Part shown: one piece after another, positions 12,612 through 24,613 of the stretch
How positions within the stretch are numbered: position 1 is the stretch's first letter
Layout of the letters: each line of letters begins with the position of its first letter
Origin: Haplodiscus bocki
Lineage: Eukaryota
Assembly: GCA_965655095.1 (NCBI GenBank)
Contig: OZ296649.1
Span: 46,252,001 to 46,316,000 of the forward strand
Length of the DNA: 64,000 nucleotides
Reading direction: 5' to 3'
Notes under the pieces: generated by a model
Database searches by the model: none
Seen by the model: the letters and a program-made list of their open reading frames with translations, nothing else
What the model was told of the DNA's origin: nothing
Made by a program: the position numbers and the translations under genes

Positions 12612-15600
12612 TTACAATTGTAAGGGTTTTGTACGTGTTGCATCATCTTCTACAATTCTTTTGGGGGTAAAAATAGTACAATCTTTTCTCTGTTTATTCA
12701 TAGGTCGCCACGCCATGTTGAACTGTTCGATACCTTCTGTTGGTTGAAATTACGCTGACAGATTCATCCAGCACTTGGCAATTTTTTGTCATTGGTCCAT
12801 CACCACAGTCTGTCTTCTTGACCTTTGCTGCTAAACTTCCAACTTGTTTTTCTTTCAATCATAGCAACAATGCGTTTTACTGCAGAAACAAAACGTTTCT
12901 GTACATCTAATATCTTCTTTGAAGAGAGCTGATTCCCTCCTATCGTGTTTCTTGTGTGTGTTGCAACACATTCTCGGAAAAAAATGTCTGTTGGGTTGGC
13001 AGTGAAAGTGTCTCTGCAATCTCCCGAACGCATCGCTTTCCAATCGTCTTGATTTTCAGGGAAAATAACGTCTCCCATTTATTCTTCCGACGGAGCCAAG
13101 TAGAAGGAGTCTGTAGCCTTTTCAAGTTCTTCGTACTTGTCAGCGTCACAAAACTTCTCGAAGAAATTGTAGTAAAATTCCAATATTCTCTGTTTAGCAC
13201 ATTGTAGAATAAAAACCCAACAATGATCGCTTCTCTGTGCTCAATTTCAGGCTTTACCAGTTCAGCTTCGTACAGTTGGTCAATAATGGTATTGAGACGC
13301 TTGAACATTTTGCTATTTATCGCAATGTGTGTTTTTTCATCGTTTAAATACTTTGTCACAGTGTGTCGACTGCCATCCGTTATCTGATACCCATATGAGC
13401 TGTTAGCTAGCAATTTCATAGTCTAAGCCACAACACTGGAATTTGGATTTTCATCTCCTTGACGTCGTGCATTCACGGCAAACTGCACGAAGGTGTTGAA
13501 ACACTTTTTGGGAAATTTTGAACGAAACGATGAATTTTTTTGCACACCAGCCCAAGCTTCAAGTAGAAAAAAAGTAACGGGGTAACGAGCATTCTATTGG
13601 TTAGGTGGAAACTTGATATACGCATTCTTCTGGCCTGGGCCATGTTATTTTCCTTTCCTGCGTATTCTCTTATCAAAGTACCAATATATTCGCTACTGAC
13701 TACGGTATTTTTGATTATCGGAGGAAAGTTTGAAGAATAACGTCGCAGATGTTCGGGAACATCAATATCACCTTGAATGTATCCAAAGAGTTTCCCATCG
13801 ATAATTCCTTACCATAGTTGTTCTTCACTCACAGGACCTTTACAGGGAATATTCTCCTTGAGATGATTTTTGACTGACGCATCAGTTTTATAAAGACTCC
13901 ACCACCCACACTCCCACGTTTCAACGACTTGGAATCTTTTCTGTGGTATGTAATCTCTACGCATCTCGTCTTGATCCTTTTTCTTCACTCCCCTCTCAAT
14001 TTTTGCATCACTCAGAGAAACTCGTGCTTCTTGACAAAGACAATAATGATAATAACATTCCAAACCTCCAAAAACAGTTTTACAATGATTGAAAACTCCG
14101 TCTACAATGCAACAATCAATTTTCTTTTTTCGACCAGTGGTAACATTACTTTCAATTCTACAGTCCAGTTGAAGTCGTTGAAAATATGACAAGAGCATAT
14201 TCTCGAAGGAACGCGTTTTGTTTTGGTTCGGTATGAAGCGCTGGGTCTCACTCTCATCTTGTGTCGCCCATCTTGTATACAAACCAATAGGCATTGGTTG
14301 ACACATTGAGTAGAGATAAAGCTGTATGGCGTCAATTCCAACAAGAGACTTGCATAGATTCGTTGACTTCCGTACAAAAGTTTCATCCACCAGAGCTTTA
14401 CGTGAAAAGACTATGGACGGTCCTGTAACCATATCTTCTCGTGCTTTTGCCTTCAAATCTTTGTCCGTTTCGGTAAAAGGATAATATTTTGAATCTGTTG
14501 ATTTATGTACAGAAATATTGGTCAATTCTGGTAGTGGGCATCCAAGCTTTAACATATCAATCCTCTTGTTGTGGTAAAATTCAATCATTCTCTGCATCGC
14601 TTCCAATGTTGACAGAACATCTTTATTGTTATACCACTTGGGTAAATCTGCAAAAGATTACCTTTGCTCGTTATCCCAGATATTATGCAAATAGGCGTAA
14701 TTCTCTGCTGCAGTCGGAGGTACGTTGTCCATCCTAACTTGGCGAATGCTTTGTCTCTAGATAAACCACTTTGAACAAGGTTTTCAAAGAGGTTGCAGTT
14801 TTTTTAGGAGGGTTACTGTTGCGAAGAATGTTAAAGAAGGAGTCATACGGGTGAAGTTCTTTGTTGCTCAATTTCTCAGTACCATCGAACAATTCATAAA
14901 AGAAAAATCGTTTTGTCTCGTTAGGTTTGTAGCCTTTGACAAAAGATTTGCAATTCCTGGCCCCACCAAGGAAATTTATAATGCCAAGTAACAGGTTTTC
15001 ACCGAATTTGAAGGAAACAATTTGATTAGCCTTCCTTATAACTGTCAGTTTAATGTCTCGTTCCCAAACAAAAATGGGTAACAAATAAGATTTGATTGAA
15101 TTGAGATCATATTTTGCGCTGTTGAATACAAAGACTGGCAACACATTACATTGACGTTCAAAGTGTTCCTGTATATCGAATAATTGATGTTCCGCATTTA
15201 CAGGAACTGAGTAGTTAGGTCTTGTTCGTCAAAGTCAGCGACCGAGTTGTCTACAAAATCGATCACTGTTTCTGCTCGGTTGTGTCTTTGGTTCAGCTGT
15301 TCCAGTAATTTGAACAACTTTATCTTGATTGCTGTCTCAATTTCACTAAATTTCGTTTTCATCTGAGCTTTGCTTTGGGTAGCTAATCCTTCGAGAGCAG
15401 TAATAAAGAATGAGACGAGATGATGAAGTGTGTCATTGCAAAGAAAAATAGGTTCTTGGATCAATTTTGACGAAATAGAAACTGTTATCAGTACATGCTT
15501 CCCGATCATCTTTGTAGTCTCTGTCTCCTTGTATGAGTCCTCTTCAACACAAATCCACTCAAAATCATAAACAGCTAAATTTTTTTAACAACTTTTACTC

Positions 15601-16921
15601 TTTTTTGTAGGATACATTAAATGCATCTACTTTGTCAAAGAAAGTTTCTCTAAGCTTGCAAAGGTTCTTTAGGTAATTATCTTTCACGCTTTCACTGCAA
15701 GTAACTAAATGTCGTTCTAGATTACCGGTCTCTGGAAAAAACTTGTCACAAGTACTGAAACGGAAATTTTGAATATTGCGTTGATGTTGTTGACGTAACA
15801 AATGTGGTTGTTGTAACGTAAAAGCTTGATACTTTCGTCATTTTTCTGAATACTTCGACAAGCAAGTTCAGCATTGAGTTCTTCGTCAACGAAATATTTA
15901 TCATATGAAAAAGGCTGAGCTGCAACAAGTCTTCAACTTTTGGAATTTCGTTCATGTGAACACCTTGAACTTTTAAGGGATCTCCTTCCTCGCAGTTAGA
16001 GTTACAAAGAAAAAAAATTGAATTCGCCTCTTCCAAATTATCGTTATCATGCAAATGTAAAACAAAAGCTCGAAAAAAACAGAGGTTGTCATTGTAGGGT
16101 TTTCTCGTATTTCTCTCGTTAGTAAGACAGTTCACATTGTGGTTTTTCAAAAGGGGCTCAGGTAAAACAGTATCTTTACAACCCATGCGTGTATCTTTGT
16201 GTAACGAAGCAAAGACTGTAACTTTTGTAAGTTTATAACAGCTTCATTTAGTGTTAGTTTTTTCTCTTGTGGAATGATCAATAATATCTATTTTCTTCAA
16301 TTTTTCTTTCAGTTGAGCATAACATCCTGAGTAGACACAAATTTAGACCTCTTCAAAACTGTGTTGTTTTCGTGTGTATAAAAATATCTACACTATCCAG
16401 CTTCAATGTTTTTCAGTACAAATCCAAACAGAAGGTTGACTTTGGCTGCATATTTCAGTTGGTTGAGCACGCGATTTCTCGTTGAGGAATGAGTTGTTGA
16501 AGAAAGATATGAGGAAAATAAATACACAGTGCCTTCTTATTTCAAGTTCAGAGTAAACGGAAAATAATTGCGAGAAATAAGTTCTTCTTTTAATTCAACA
16601 GCATCTATGTCCTCCAGGAGAGTATCCATATCAAGATTGGATGTCTTTATCGGATTTTTGTGGTTTCGTAGCGCATGAAAGCTAGATAATTCGTCCATAC
16701 AAATTTTACGCTTTTAAGTGTTTTTTGCTCGCACTCTAGGATCTAATTTAGCTATGTGGTAATTCAAATCAACCTGAGAGATTGTTCAGTAGTTGGGATT
16801 TTAGTGCGCAAAAAAGTGTTCTAACGGATTATCTCGTCTTGTGTCGTACAGTGTTCCTCTTTGTAGTTTGTTTTCCACAGTTTTTCCAAGTCACTTTTTC
16901 AATGCGATTGAGACCAGGCAT
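12612..16921 (-). pseudogene. pPolB of element B with N-terminal C2H2-like fingers and a VSR-like nuclease insert
   Basis: YNDNLCFFRA, AVYDFEWICV (ExoI), VFNSAKYDL (ExoII), FFYE, GPSIVFSR, GIDAIQLYLYSM (motif A), KLLANSSYG (motif B), ELEKATDSFY (motif C relic), C-terminal KRIVEDD..TKPL. Many frameshifts. Confidence 0.95.
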
Positions 16922-17589
16922 ATCAGGAAAATGAATATAACAGTTCAGTCTGAAATCAACGTAAAGTTTTTTTTAGCAATTTAACTGTAGCAATGAAAAC
17001 AGTGTAAGGGCGAAAATTATCTAGCAGGTGTTACTCAATAAAATGTTACAGTATACGGAAGGAACATAAATGGAAAGACTAACCATAAAAAGAACTATCG
17101 CACATGCTGTCAATCACTTTCTTTCATGTCGCAAACCGACAGTATTTCTTTAAAATAATAGTTAAACCGGTTAGACAGCTTGTCTGTGAATGTCTTTTCG
17201 AAGGAAACAATTCCCATAAAATGGCGACAGACTCTCTGAGAAAAATATTCAAGTGGATTAACATCCCCAGACGTAGTGTCTTAGAAAATTCATCAAGTGG
17301 AACAAATTCCCTAACAAGGCAACAGAGAGTCTGAGAGATTTATTATGTTTGTCTTGTTAATTTTGGACTGAACTGTCAATCAAAAAAAGACTTCCGTGAA
17401 AGGAATAGAAATTGGAAATTTGCACAGTCATTGTGGTGTGTAGGTTAAAAACAATCGAACGGCAACATGAATGAGAGTATTCATCAGCAGATACATCTTG
17501 TGATCCGAAGCTCTTAACCATTAAAATGCAATTTCATATTTAATTATCGTAGGAGACATATTTGAATCTAACTGGTTGAAACAAAAGTG

Positions 17590-18321
17590 TTTCCATTGCT
17601 GAAAACTGAAATCCGTACCCAATTCTTATCGGTATACGCGACCGATGATTTCAGTGTTGCAAAATTTGCTAACTTAAAGAAATTGATCTCTGTCGAAAAG
17701 CAAATTCACAGTTTGTGCGAAAACTTCAATCTTTTTACGAAGAATTACCAGAGGAGATTTTGGACCAAATTGCCGTAGATTTTGTTTTATTTTTATTTTT
17801 TCACCACAATTTTGACATCTCCCAGGCCCAGCATCAAATAGTACGTGCTAGCAAAGGCTCCAACAAAAAATCTTTTGCAATCAAGTTGTTCGAAGTTTGC
17901 AGTTTAAAGACACAGCAGCGTTACATCCCGCAAGAAGAAGTGAAAATATCCAGAGGAGAACTCAATTCTGCGGTTAACAGTTTGCGCAATTTTCTCAAAA
18001 GCTTCGATAAAACGAGCAAGTGTTTACGAATTCCATTACCGAAACCCAAAAATGAGATTAGATTTACAACGTCAAAAGACAACCCCTTTGCACATTACTA
18101 TAACAATATTTTTGAACATCCAAAAAGATATATTCGTTTATCGTTCCACTTTTGAAACTACAATTCATGTGTCTGTCGTCAAAAAGTTTGAATGACACGG
18201 CAATCAATTTACTCAAAGAGAGAATGTCAACCTTAACCATCGCGAACTTCACCATCGCTACAAGAACCGATATTACGTTGCAAACAAGTATGAAATAAAT
18301 GAGAGCAACTACAATGTGTAG
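17590..18321 (+). pseudogene. Cargo gene, possible tandem PC4/whirly-like ssDNA-binding protein
   Basis: Two similar beta-rich-plus-helix units (KKSFAIKLFEVC..EEVKISRGELNS and IRLSFHF..KKFE..ENVNLNHRELHH). Fold assignment is inference. Confidence 0.35.
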
Positions 18322-18990
18322 TTCCTTCACCCATGATTCTCGGTGATTCTCGGTATGACAATAGCATTATTAAACATATTGAGATCGTGGTTTGCCCGAA
18401 CACATTAAACTTGTGTTCGTTTAAAATTTGCGTGCCTTTCAATCTTCCAGCAGAAGCAACTATCAATGTCCTTAATGCGAATCCATGTGTTAGCTGCTCA
18501 ATATTCCTTTGGAAGAACAAATAAAGTCGTCTTTCTTCAAGTTTGGTCCAGGGACTTATTTTTTTGGAGAGACGCAAAAATCAATTCAAGGTGTTATTGG
18601 TTGTATTGTATTCAAGATGTTGTGTGTTTTGTCCAACATGCCCAAACGAAAAGTGGGTCCACCTTTCAACCAACAAAACTTCCAGTTTCAACGACTGTAA
18701 AAAGTGCAAAGCCTCCTCTCACGTGCTGAATGTTCCTTTTATGGACCAAAAGCCAACAATTATGTTCTTTGGTGGTGATGGTACACATTGCTTTACAAGG
18801 AAAACGGCTCGTGACTTCAAACTTCAAAGAAGAAAAACCATATCCATTTTTGAGGAAGTTTCTCCGCCAATCACAATCAAGCACATCCGATCGTGAACCA
18901 AAAAAGGCAGAAATCATTCCATCTATGGCATAACCGTGTCGACTCTCCATTGATTGATACAGTTAACCAAAATTTCATTTCCATTCTCAT
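18320..18990 (-). pseudogene. Hypothetical Cys/Trp-rich cargo gene
   Basis: ORF 18666-18950 continues through stops in protein-like sequence; no family recognised. Confidence 0.3.
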
Positions 18991-19233
18991 TTTATACACT
19001 TTCAGTCTACAGTGAAGCAACATGATTTTCTCAGTGTCCAACAACGGTATTGAGTGGTCTCTCGACTATGGACCAAATTCAGTTACTCTGACTGTAAAAA
19101 TTTTGTCCATGAAGTGACAACAAATTCCCAAGAAACCCTTCTGGCAGCCTGGAGCTTGTTGTTGTCTCAATGACAAGACTTTCTGATTGGTCGTGTAGCG
19201 CGAGTTCCAATTACCCCCAACCAGGAAGGGACA

Positions 19234-19602
19234 ATGGAGATGAAGGATGAAGTGGTCTCCAGTGTAGGCTCACAATTTGTGGACACAAGCGGGTATCAGG
19301 TGTCTGATCTGGACGATGTTGAATTCTACTGGGAAAATGATCAGCTGGATGTAAACGCTGTCTTCAGACCAGGCATAGATACACCCTTTTCTTCTTCAAC
19401 TTTCAACGTTTTTGAGATAGGTTCAATGCCTGAAAACCCGAATCAGATTGACAAAGAGCAAGACAAGGAGGACTTTCTTCTTCATCCGACAGCTCCAATC
19501 TCTGAGAGACCAACCCAACCCCCTGTGTTGATGCGAAGTCGCGCTTTCGGAACAAAAATTGAGAATGTTCCCGATTGTGTTTACAGAAAATCGTTTGAAT
19601 AA
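19234..19602 (+). CDS. Acidic/proline-rich hypothetical protein (element B cargo)
   Basis: Intact 122-aa ATG ORF with biased composition. Confidence 0.5.
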   Translation: MEMKDEVVSSVGSQFVDTSGYQVSDLDDVEFYWENDQLDVNAVFRPGIDTPFSSSTFNVFEIGSMPENPNQIDKEQDKEDFLLHPTAPISERPTQPPVLMRSRAFGTKIENVPDCVYRKSFE

Positions 19603-20010
19603 TTTATAGTAAGACTGTTTATGCTTTCTAATATTAACTATATTTAAAATGTAGCATTTTATAGAAAACTTTTTTAAAAATTAGTCAAACATGTGTGAGA
19701 CAAAAACAGTTCTACTATCGTATATCAATGTTTTCACTAGTAGCAGGAAGTGTCTGCATACATCAAGCCCACACAGAGAAAAAAGTGGGATACCATCGCA
19801 AAATCAAAAGTGAAGGTCCTTGCAAAACGAGTACAAGAATAAAGGTTTAGTTGGCGGCGAATGCTTTTATCTAGTTGACAATGATATTGTAGGTTGTAAC
19901 TTTACAAAGTTATATGGAGGAAATCGATGTGGAAAGTACATGTGGTTGGACTGAGTGAGAATTTGGGACCAAAAAATTGAAAAACTTTTAATAAATTTTA
20001 TGACAGGTAA

Positions 20011-20416
20011 AAATTTTTCAGTTCAAAATCTGACAAGACGAAAATATTGTAATTCAAAATGGGACGCGACGCGTTGTGAAAGTTACAATTCAAAAACTGA
20101 CGCGCTGTAAGAACTTTAATTCCAAAATTTAGCGCGTTGTTCTTTTTTCTAAAATTAATATCCTGGCACGTTGCAAAGTTTCAAATTCAAAATCATGCTT
20201 TTTAAAATAGCACAAAAATGGCAAAATATGTCGTTTTCACGGATTAGTGTTAGCCAAAATGTGATCTTTTTTAGGCAATATTTTTTCAATTTGTGAAATG
20301 TCGAAACTTTTTAAATTCAATACCTAACGCGTCCTAAACTTTTTGTTTCAAAACCTGACGCGTTGTATTTTTTCAAGTTTGAATTCTGACACGTTTTGAA
20401 ACTATTAATTCAAAAT
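20011..20416. repeat. Internal array of ~9-10 imperfect ~30-bp repeats, consensus AATTCAAAATCTGACGCGTTGTAA
   Basis: Units such as ttcaaaatctgacaagacg, attcaaaaactgacgcgctgtaa, ttccaaaatttagcgcgttgt, ttcaatacctaacgcgtcc and ttcaaaacctgacgcgttgta, in two blocks. Confidence 0.85.
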
Positions 20417-20799
20417 ATACTTTTTGAACTGTCTGTTCAGATTGTCGCTGATTCATTATCAAAGTGTTACCAACGTCAAAAAAACAACTAGTTGGAAAAT
20501 GACAACAGTCTGGGATAAAACCATTTTTATGAGTGTGTGGCATGTGTTTGTCTCACTTCTGGTACTATTTTCTGCTTGTTGCGTTCTATATGGCAATTGG
20601 TTTCTTGATGGGTGTAATGACTATATCGTTTGCATTACCAGTTGATTCATACAAGTCTTTTTGGACTTCAAAAATTGGTTAGTTTACAAAGATTTTATTT
20701 TAAAAGATACTAAATTACTAGTATAATCACCATGACCGTCTAGAAAATAAGACACATGTCTTTATCAAATTTAATTCAAACTTAGTCTTTTTAACTTGT

Positions 20800-21303
20800 T
20801 CAATTCTGTCTGCAAAAACTGATCCACTGGTTTGTGTCGATTATTTCATTGGAAGGGGCTCCACAAACGTCTTTGTACTTTTTCCTCAAGAGTCTCTTTT
20901 TCGCGATGCTGGGAGTTCTGTCCGTTCCTCTCTTTTGGTAGTTCAAATGAACTGCCTTCTGCACATTATCAAGGAGTTGTCCACCTTTGACGACAAATTT
21001 GTTATTGAATTGGTACTTGTAAAGTGTATACAAACAGTCCACATGTTGGTAGTGGAAACAGAATGCATCCAACTTTTGTAGCACCTCATTAAAGTCTCCT
21101 ATTAGTATACTGTGACATCTACAATTAGTTAAGAAGCACATCTTGTCACCATGATTACCAATACTGTCTTCTTTACTCACAATGTATTTTTCATATGTGT
21201 TTGCAGAAATAAAACCGCTGTTTTTTGAACACTTTTTATTAAAGCTGGGATTCACTTGTAACATTACAGCTGCCATCTTATTGTTGAGTCTTTTTCTGAA
21301 CAA
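20800..21303 (-). CDS. Hypothetical Cys/His-containing protein with basic C-terminus (element B cargo)
   Basis: Uninterrupted 167-codon ORF (ATG start MAAVML.. inside it); CFLTNCRCH, FCFHYQHVDC, KKRLLRKK. Confidence 0.55.
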   Translation of the reverse strand: MFRKRLNNKMAAVMLQVNPSFNKKCSKNSGFISANTYEKYIVSKEDSIGNHGDKMCFLTNCRCHSILIGDFNEVLQKLDAFCFHYQHVDCLYTLYKYQFNNKFVVKGGQLLDNVQKAVHLNYQKRGTDRTPSIAKKRLLRKKYKDVCGAPSNEIIDTNQWISFCRQN

Positions 21304-21544
21304 ATGAATCTGATCAGTAAAATACTCTTTTGAACATTTTTAAAAATCTACCTAGAATAGAAAGAGGCTCCATATATAGAAATGTCATGTGACAATGACC
21401 AAAAAAGGGAAAGAGTTTCCAAATATGGAAAGGTCGCGTGAAAATGACCAGAAAAATGGGCATATAAAAAACAAATCGCAGCTCCAAAATTATTGTTGAA
21501 CTTTCAGTCACAAAAAAAGGTCACTTGTTTCAGCTACCAGCTTT

Positions 21545-22140
21545 CTATCTCGTTCACCCAAGGCTTGCAACGATACTGCTTCCTTGGACAAGCTCACTCA
21601 TGCTGAATATTTGGACTTTGGCAAAGGCCGAGACAGATTTGGACATTATTCTTGATCCAAAAATGATTCCAACTAGTTCGATGTAAAACTCAAAGTTTTC
21701 ATAAAAAATGACAACAAAGAGTTCCAACTGGTGCAAAATCTTATCGTGGGAGAAGCAATTTCTAACGATATGATGAGACTGCAAAATAAGCCAACTGTTG
21801 CAGCAGAAAGGCTTGCTAGAGAGGGAAACTTGTCCGCAGTGCTGATACCTACATTATCCAGAGACAAGGAATAATAATTCAAACTGGCTCACATGGTGGT
21901 TGACATAGTGGATTGACCAAACGGAAAGATTTGTGTGACTCAGCTGCGGTACAGTATGGGCAAACCCGAATTTTCTAATGTACAATTCCAATTTTCTCCA
22001 AGAAAGAATGAGGACGAGAACTTTCAACAATTTGTCTAAGTGAAATATAAACTTGAAGAACTTAACAATCTACTTGAAGTAATGAATTCCCCATATGATA
22101 ATGTTATTGCTATTAAACCCATTTGTTCCTGCAAAAAGTA
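21545..22140 (+). pseudogene. Cargo gene, possible tandem PC4-like protein
   Basis: Read-through gives EYLDFGKGRDRFG..FDVKLKVFIKNDNKEFQLVQNLIVGEA.. and a second unit VVDIVD.PNGKICVTQLRY..; not represented in the ORF track because of stops. Confidence 0.45.
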
Positions 22141-23034
22141 ATTGCACTTAATTAAAGTTTATCATTTTTCTTTCTAACAGAGTCAGGATGATTTCGAACT
22201 TGGGAACTAAATGAGAACTCTTTTTGAATCTAAAATCAAAAACCGGACTTTATCGTGTTGTATTTAGAAGTCAAAAATTTATCACAAAAACTTATAAAAA
22301 CTGTAGTTGAAAGGCAACAATTGCCAGACATTGAAAAGACTGATTCCATAGAAGAAATTTCTTGCCTAGAATGGACAATATCTAGTGGTAGAAGAAAAAA
22401 ATTTGTGCAAACTTCAAGACTGATACAGACAATCTCAATATTGTCGTGTATCGCTACCGGAACAAATTGTATCTCAAAGATATTGAGGTTGATCTAAAGT
22501 TGACAGATCACCAGTTGCTCTGGGTAGAACGAATGTATTTATCGAGCTTCAGGGACATATTTCACAAGCACTGCATTGTACTGGATGGAACAACTAGTCA
22601 TAAATTAAACAACTTTTGTCAAGAATGGATGTTCCCTTTCTAACCAGCATTTTCTGATTGCAATCGGGACTAAAGTTGTCATTTGGACACAAAATTGCTC
22701 ACAACAACTTATTTTTAGGAGCATGTTTCTGTTGAGATTCTAGACTTTCATTACGTGAGATGAGCCAAAAAATTAAATTTAGCGTAACCTTTGGTTATGG
22801 TGACTCATACTTGGAGTTCGTATTTCGTCATTTCCAACTATTTAGACTACATGCAATATTACAAGATGCTGCTGGAGCAGTGAGAACACACATTGGCAAA
22901 AAGCCTGGCTACTGTTACATGAATGGAGGAGGTTTAAATTCATATTTGCTTGGTCACGTGACTTTACTACTCTTTAGCTTTTACGTAAAATTTTCCTGCC
23001 TTCCATTTTCAACACTCTCGTGTTTTGAAGCAGA

Positions 23035-23487
23035 ATGTCTTGCATTGTACTAGATATTGTGGTTGCACACAAAAAACGTTCATAAGCAGTTGGGAATTCT
23101 TATCGATGGGATTGTTCATGAATACTCATTTCGTCCTCCAAAATAGTACAAACCCACAAAGCAAGCAGTTTAGTGTACAAATAAGTCGGACGGATTTGTG
23201 TCAAACAATGGAAGTTTGCATTACAGTGAGCATCCAAAAACTCTTCCAGGACATGTAAAGGGTGAATATTTTGCTAAAGGATTAGAAGAATGCAAAATTT
23301 TTGCCAGTTCAATGGATAAAAAGTTGGAAAACTTGTGTGATCATGCGTGTCCCAAAGTTAAATATCTCGTTGATGAAAAATTGTGGATTTGCTGGAGTTC
23401 CCCATCAGATACAAGACCACACTTTACTCTGCAGAGCGCCAAGCAAAAGTGCTTGGTAACTCGATAATGCACCATTTAATGTTGTAA
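23035..23487 (+). pseudogene. Small DEDD-exonuclease-like Maverick accessory protein
   Basis: MSCIVLDI..., FRPPK..KPTKQA, GSLHYSE, YFAKGLEECK, ENLCDHACPKV, with a C-terminal HCAER-like motif; frameshifted. Confidence 0.55.
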
Positions 23488-23606
23488 AGTTTGTATTGTG
23501 AAATTTAATGTCAGTATCTATTTATTACTTGATAGTTGAATTTTTTGAAACATTATTCGATCTTTTACTCAAGATTCATTAATGAGCGATTGAGCGTACA
23601 AAACAG

Positions 23607-23865
23607 ATGAGTGATCATGAAGATAATAATATTCTATGTAATATTGTTTTTGACGATAACAACCAGGAAAAATATTCGTGGTCCTGTTTGGGACAAACGT
23701 GTTCCAGAACTTTATTTGTCGTTTTGTCCCAACTTTTTCCTATCTCGTTGATTATCTTTGGTTGCTTTTGGAGAATTCGTCTTTCAAAAACTTGGCACGA
23801 ACTAACATTTTGGGTGAGAATTTTGTGAGTTCAGCTGGATAATTTTTACCAACACCAAGACTAGG
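23607..23865 (+). pseudogene. Small two-TM membrane protein upstream of the packaging ATPase
   Basis: WSCLGQTCSRTLFVVLSQLFPISLIIFGCFWRI..FWVRIL, then (frameshift) SSAG.FLPTPRL; two hydrophobic segments. Confidence 0.6.
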
Positions 23866-24613
23866 AACAAGTTATTTTCTGCCAAAAAATCGCGTTTTTT
23901 TTATCATTAGTTGTTCCGTCCCAGACGGGATATTCCCCACCTTTTTATAATTGGCTCGAAATTGCAACCTTTCAAACAAAACTTCACAAAATTTACCTTT
24001 TTCATCAACACTCCCAGCTACTTTACGATGTTATGCAAAAGGAGGTTGAAAATCTCGAGTTTGTTCGAGGTCTAAACTTTGAATTTCTAGACTCGTTAAA
24101 AAACAACGGTACAAAGTACTTGTGAATCTTTGACGATTCATGTGAAGAGATTTGCAACTCAAAAGTGTTTGTTGATTTTGCTAATATGTTGGAAGACATC
24201 GTGGATTGAGCACTTTTTACATTAAGCACAACCTGTTTCCTCAAAGCAAACTTGGCCGGGACGTTGAGCTCCAGAACACGCACATTGTTCTTTTCAAATC
24301 TCCCCGTGATCTGAGGCAAGTCAGAACGCTTAGTGCACAATTGGGACTCAGATCACAGCTAGTTGATTGGTATCTAGGCGCAACATATGCTCCCTACGGT
24401 CTTTTACTGGTTGACTTGTCGCCACGAACAGACGATCGATTACGTTATTGTACAACCACCGGATCCATTTCCTCAAATTTTTACAACCCGGACCGACTGA
24501 AACAGGCAAAATTTTCAGACAATGAACACACAAATCTCTTTACTCTCCAAGTGTTCCAATCATTTTCCCACAAGCAAAATTCTTCTCCATCGGTCTTGCC
24601 AGAAAGTTTTTAA
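23863..24613 (+). pseudogene. A32/FtsK-like genome packaging ATPase
   Basis: Degenerate Walker A LVVPSQTGYS, Walker B IFDDS, GRHRGLS, HNLF, HIVLFKSPRD, PYGLLLVDLSP. Confidence 0.93.
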
